Shown: positions 61,351 through 64,000 of the stretch, piece after piece
Layout of the letters: the number at the start of each line of letters is the position of its first letter
How positions within the stretch are numbered: the stretch's first letter is position 1
NCBI RefSeq assembly: GCF_000143415.4
Contig: NW_003314261.1
Coordinates: 2,863,266 to 2,927,265 of the forward strand
Reading direction: 5' to 3'
Origin: Selaginella moellendorffii
Taxonomy: Eukaryota > Plantae > Lycopodiophyta
Length of the DNA: 64,000 nucleotides
Program-made: the position numbers and the translations under genes
The notes under the pieces: generated by a model
Database searches by the model: none
Told to the model about the DNA's origin: nothing
The model's input: only the letters and a program-made list of their open reading frames with translations

Positions 61351-63200
61351 TTGTGAGTAAGACTCCCCCAAGTGGTTGAAGTTGTGGTTAAGTGATTAAA
61401 GTAGAATGAAAAAATTAATCACTTACAATTTAGTATTGAAGCTATTCCTTAGTCCAACTCTTATTGGTGGTCAAATATATCACCATTTAATATTGGAATT
61501 GAAAGGTCCCAAGAGAAGTAGCATGTCAAAAGAGTATGACTCTCCACCTTAGTCCATAAGTGAATATCTTGGCAATGTAGTGGATATAAAGGGGTCAATT
61601 AGGAACGACTTTAGGATTTTGGGAACAATATAAAGTTTTCCTTAGAGAGTTGAGGACATGATCTAGATGAGCATTTGACTTAGCAAACTGGTTAATGTAG
61701 TTTTGGTAAACAATTATATGTGGGATCATAGGAAAAATAGAGACTCCAAAAAAATAAAGGAGTCACAAAATTATCCTTATATAATTGAGGTTGATGCCCA
61801 TGAATTTAAAACTAGAATTAATAACTGTGAGAGGTCAAATATAGATGAGGACATAAGTCCTTGAAATGGTAGCTGGGGCTAACTTTTATAAATGGTGGGA
61901 TAAACCCAAAGAGTTAAGGTTGTACTTAGAAGATGAATCGGTATTCTCATCATATGGACAGATAATCCTAAAGGGTAAAGATAGCCCACAAGGAATGAAA
62001 ACTAATCAAGTCTTGGAGTAACACTTGCAAAGATAGTTCTTGTGAGTAGGACATGAATACAAAAAGATATATTCTAGTGAACTAACACCTCAAAATTAGC
62101 CAGGAGGATAAGACCTTACGAGTCATTGAATTATCAAAGTCCAAAAAGCTAGATAATTTGAGTGGAATCAAAAAATGGTCCTAAAGGACTAATGAAAGCA
62201 TTTGGACTAAGGTGTGTTATATCTTACAAAGGACAAGGAGGATTATAAAATCTAAGTATGAGAATAGTGGGTATCTCTTTGATGACAGAATGTGCCATAC
62301 TAAAGTTATGGTAAAGGTATATGAACACTAAAGTGTAGTGGTAACTGATAATTGGCATGACAAATGGCTACTTTGGTCTTGGCAAATACCTAAACACTAG
62401 TGGGAAGTATCATAAGGGTAAACTTGTAAAGCTGATGGTGTGGAAACACCAAATATGCCAAGGTGTGATGCCTTGAGATTAAGTTAGTGGGTTTATGAGA
62501 ACCCCTTACCAAAGAAATTCCAATAGAAATGAAAATGGTATAGCTTAAGTTGGAAGGCATGCAATTAGAGTGTGGTGACCCAAATAATGATTGAGGTGTA
62601 GAAGCACTAGCAATGAGTTGTAAGACTTTGACAACTATAAATAAACTAAGCAAAATGTGCAAAATAATTGATTGGATTGGTAAAAGCTAACTACCCAAGA
62701 CTTTTTATTGAGGTAAGGAGGTTAAATGTACCCTTCAGGGGGATAAATTGCTTATGTTAAGATATAGTAAGTCAATGTCATAAAGAAAAATGTTCATTGT
62801 CAAAAAAAGTCATCATTGAGATACCAAAACACTCTAAAATACAAATGAGTGGTATTTGGAATTATAAAGGAATTAGATAAGGCCCAAAGGACTAAGTCCC
62901 TAACAAATAATGGATAAAAGGTGTTATCTGACGGAAGAAGTCTGTCTATCTGAATTGGATAAAACCAAAAAGGGATTTTGGCATGGTTAGCAATAGGTAT
63001 AAAGAGGCCCATGCATAGTGACGTTAATCCCAATATATGGGATTACACAGTGAGCATATCCAGATTTAAGAACCACTCCTTAAGTTATTGAGTAGATTCA
63101 TCCCTAATAATACTTACTAAGGCAAGGGAAGGTGTAAGGCCAAAAAGTGAGTAGTAAAGGGATAAAATTGAATTATAAGAATTGAGGGGCATAACCAAAT

Positions 63201-63519
63201 TGTGAGACACAAATCCTAAAGCCTCAAAAGTAGAGCTGAAAGTGTGCCATATGGTAGTGGCTAAAGCGAAAGCTAAACAAGAGTAACACGTTTGGACTAA
63301 AAGCTTTGATTTGAAAAATTGAAAGCGGGAGTGGAACTCCTAATGAAGTGCTCGAGGAACGAGCATAAAGTAAGCAATAAGTGAGTTTCTAGAAAAGGGA
63401 CATAAGAGGACCAACACATGACATGTGGAAATGTCAAGATGGACCCAAGACGGAGTCCGAGATAGACCTGAGATGGAATTCGAGATGGAGCCGAGATGGA
63501 GTCTGAGATGGAGTCCAAG
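63201..63519 (+). mobile_element. LTR-like fragment (TGTGAGACAC family) interrupted within its tandem array
   Basis: TG start and GAGATGGAGTCC-type repeats that end abruptly at the next element. Confidence 0.7.
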
Positions 63520-64000
63520 TGTAAGCAACCAAAGGGAATGACTCGAAATACGATCCATAGGGTTTAAATATAAAGGGAAAGGGCCCATTTACAAGAGTGC
63601 ACCCCCTTTTCCAATTGATTAAGGGTTTTGGGATATTTAGGGTTAAGCGTCTTTGGGTTTGAATAGTATTGGGTTGGGTGACCTCTGGGAAGTCCAAACT
63701 TAGGAGCTTACATTTGGTATCGGAGCGGTCTTGGATCCGACTCTATTGGTTGGCTAAAAGAATGGCACCACATATGTTGATTGACATCTAACAGGTCCAA
63801 TTTGCTCCCGCTGGGCTCAACCTGAGGGGTAGGGTGAAGAGAGCAAAAACTCTAAGTGGATATATGCAATGTAAGAAAATTGATTTGAAAAATAAATATT
63901 ATAATTCTAAAGTATGATAATTATGTTGATGGAGGCTAAGATTACTCCAGAATAAATAGTAAGATTGAGATAAAGAAGGTGTCTTTAATGGGTTTAGTGA
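63520..64000 (+). mobile_element. 5' end of a third LTR retrotransposon (tRNA-iMet primed)
   Basis: 193-bp LTR with 7-bp inverted ends TGTAAGC..GCTTACA (63520-63712), followed by PBS TGGTATCGGAGC (63715-63726; canonical TGGTATCAGAGC). Confidence 0.8.

Noticed and set aside
61350-63200. Possible degraded LINE/pol sequence on the minus strand (e.g. PLTVINSSFKF)
   Set aside because: Only a faint motif with no ordered RT domains readable; cannot be classified without a profile search.

Overview
A 64-kb piece of a compact land-plant nuclear genome. The ~50-60 nt introns, very short intergenic gaps and PLS-type PPR gene point to a lycophyte such as Selaginella (inference). GC-rich gene blocks alternate sharply with AT-rich, CpG-depleted transposon islands. 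Intact-looking genes: a partial PPR gene, intron-rich arginine decarboxylase, SAM50, ABC1K6-like kinase, CCCH/RRM protein, a small membrane protein, a LEA-like ORF, a C2-Munc13(MUN)-GRAM-like protein, mitochondrial uL15, a RETICULATA-related protein, a ~2174-aa giant GTPase (VLIG/GBP-type G domain + Cys/His-rich repeats + C-terminal VWA) and an intronless, CpG-free secreted protein with a bulb-type lectin domain inside a TE island. Pseudogenes: TsaD/GCP1 (split by a hAT element), a second giant-GTPase copy, a uL15 copy, a TKPR/CCR-like reductase and PGDH fragments. Mobile DNA: a tRNA-Ala-primed Ty3/gypsy family with 4-bp TSDs (full-length copy, hypermutated copy and TRIM-like mini-element), a non-autonomous hAT and further LTR fragments. 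The best candidates for undescribed biology are the giant GTPase-ZnF-VWA locus (possible innate-immunity GTPase), the heterochromatic lectin fusion gene and the C2-MUN-GRAM protein. Multi-exon coordinates are manual spans and should be confirmed with RNA-seq.
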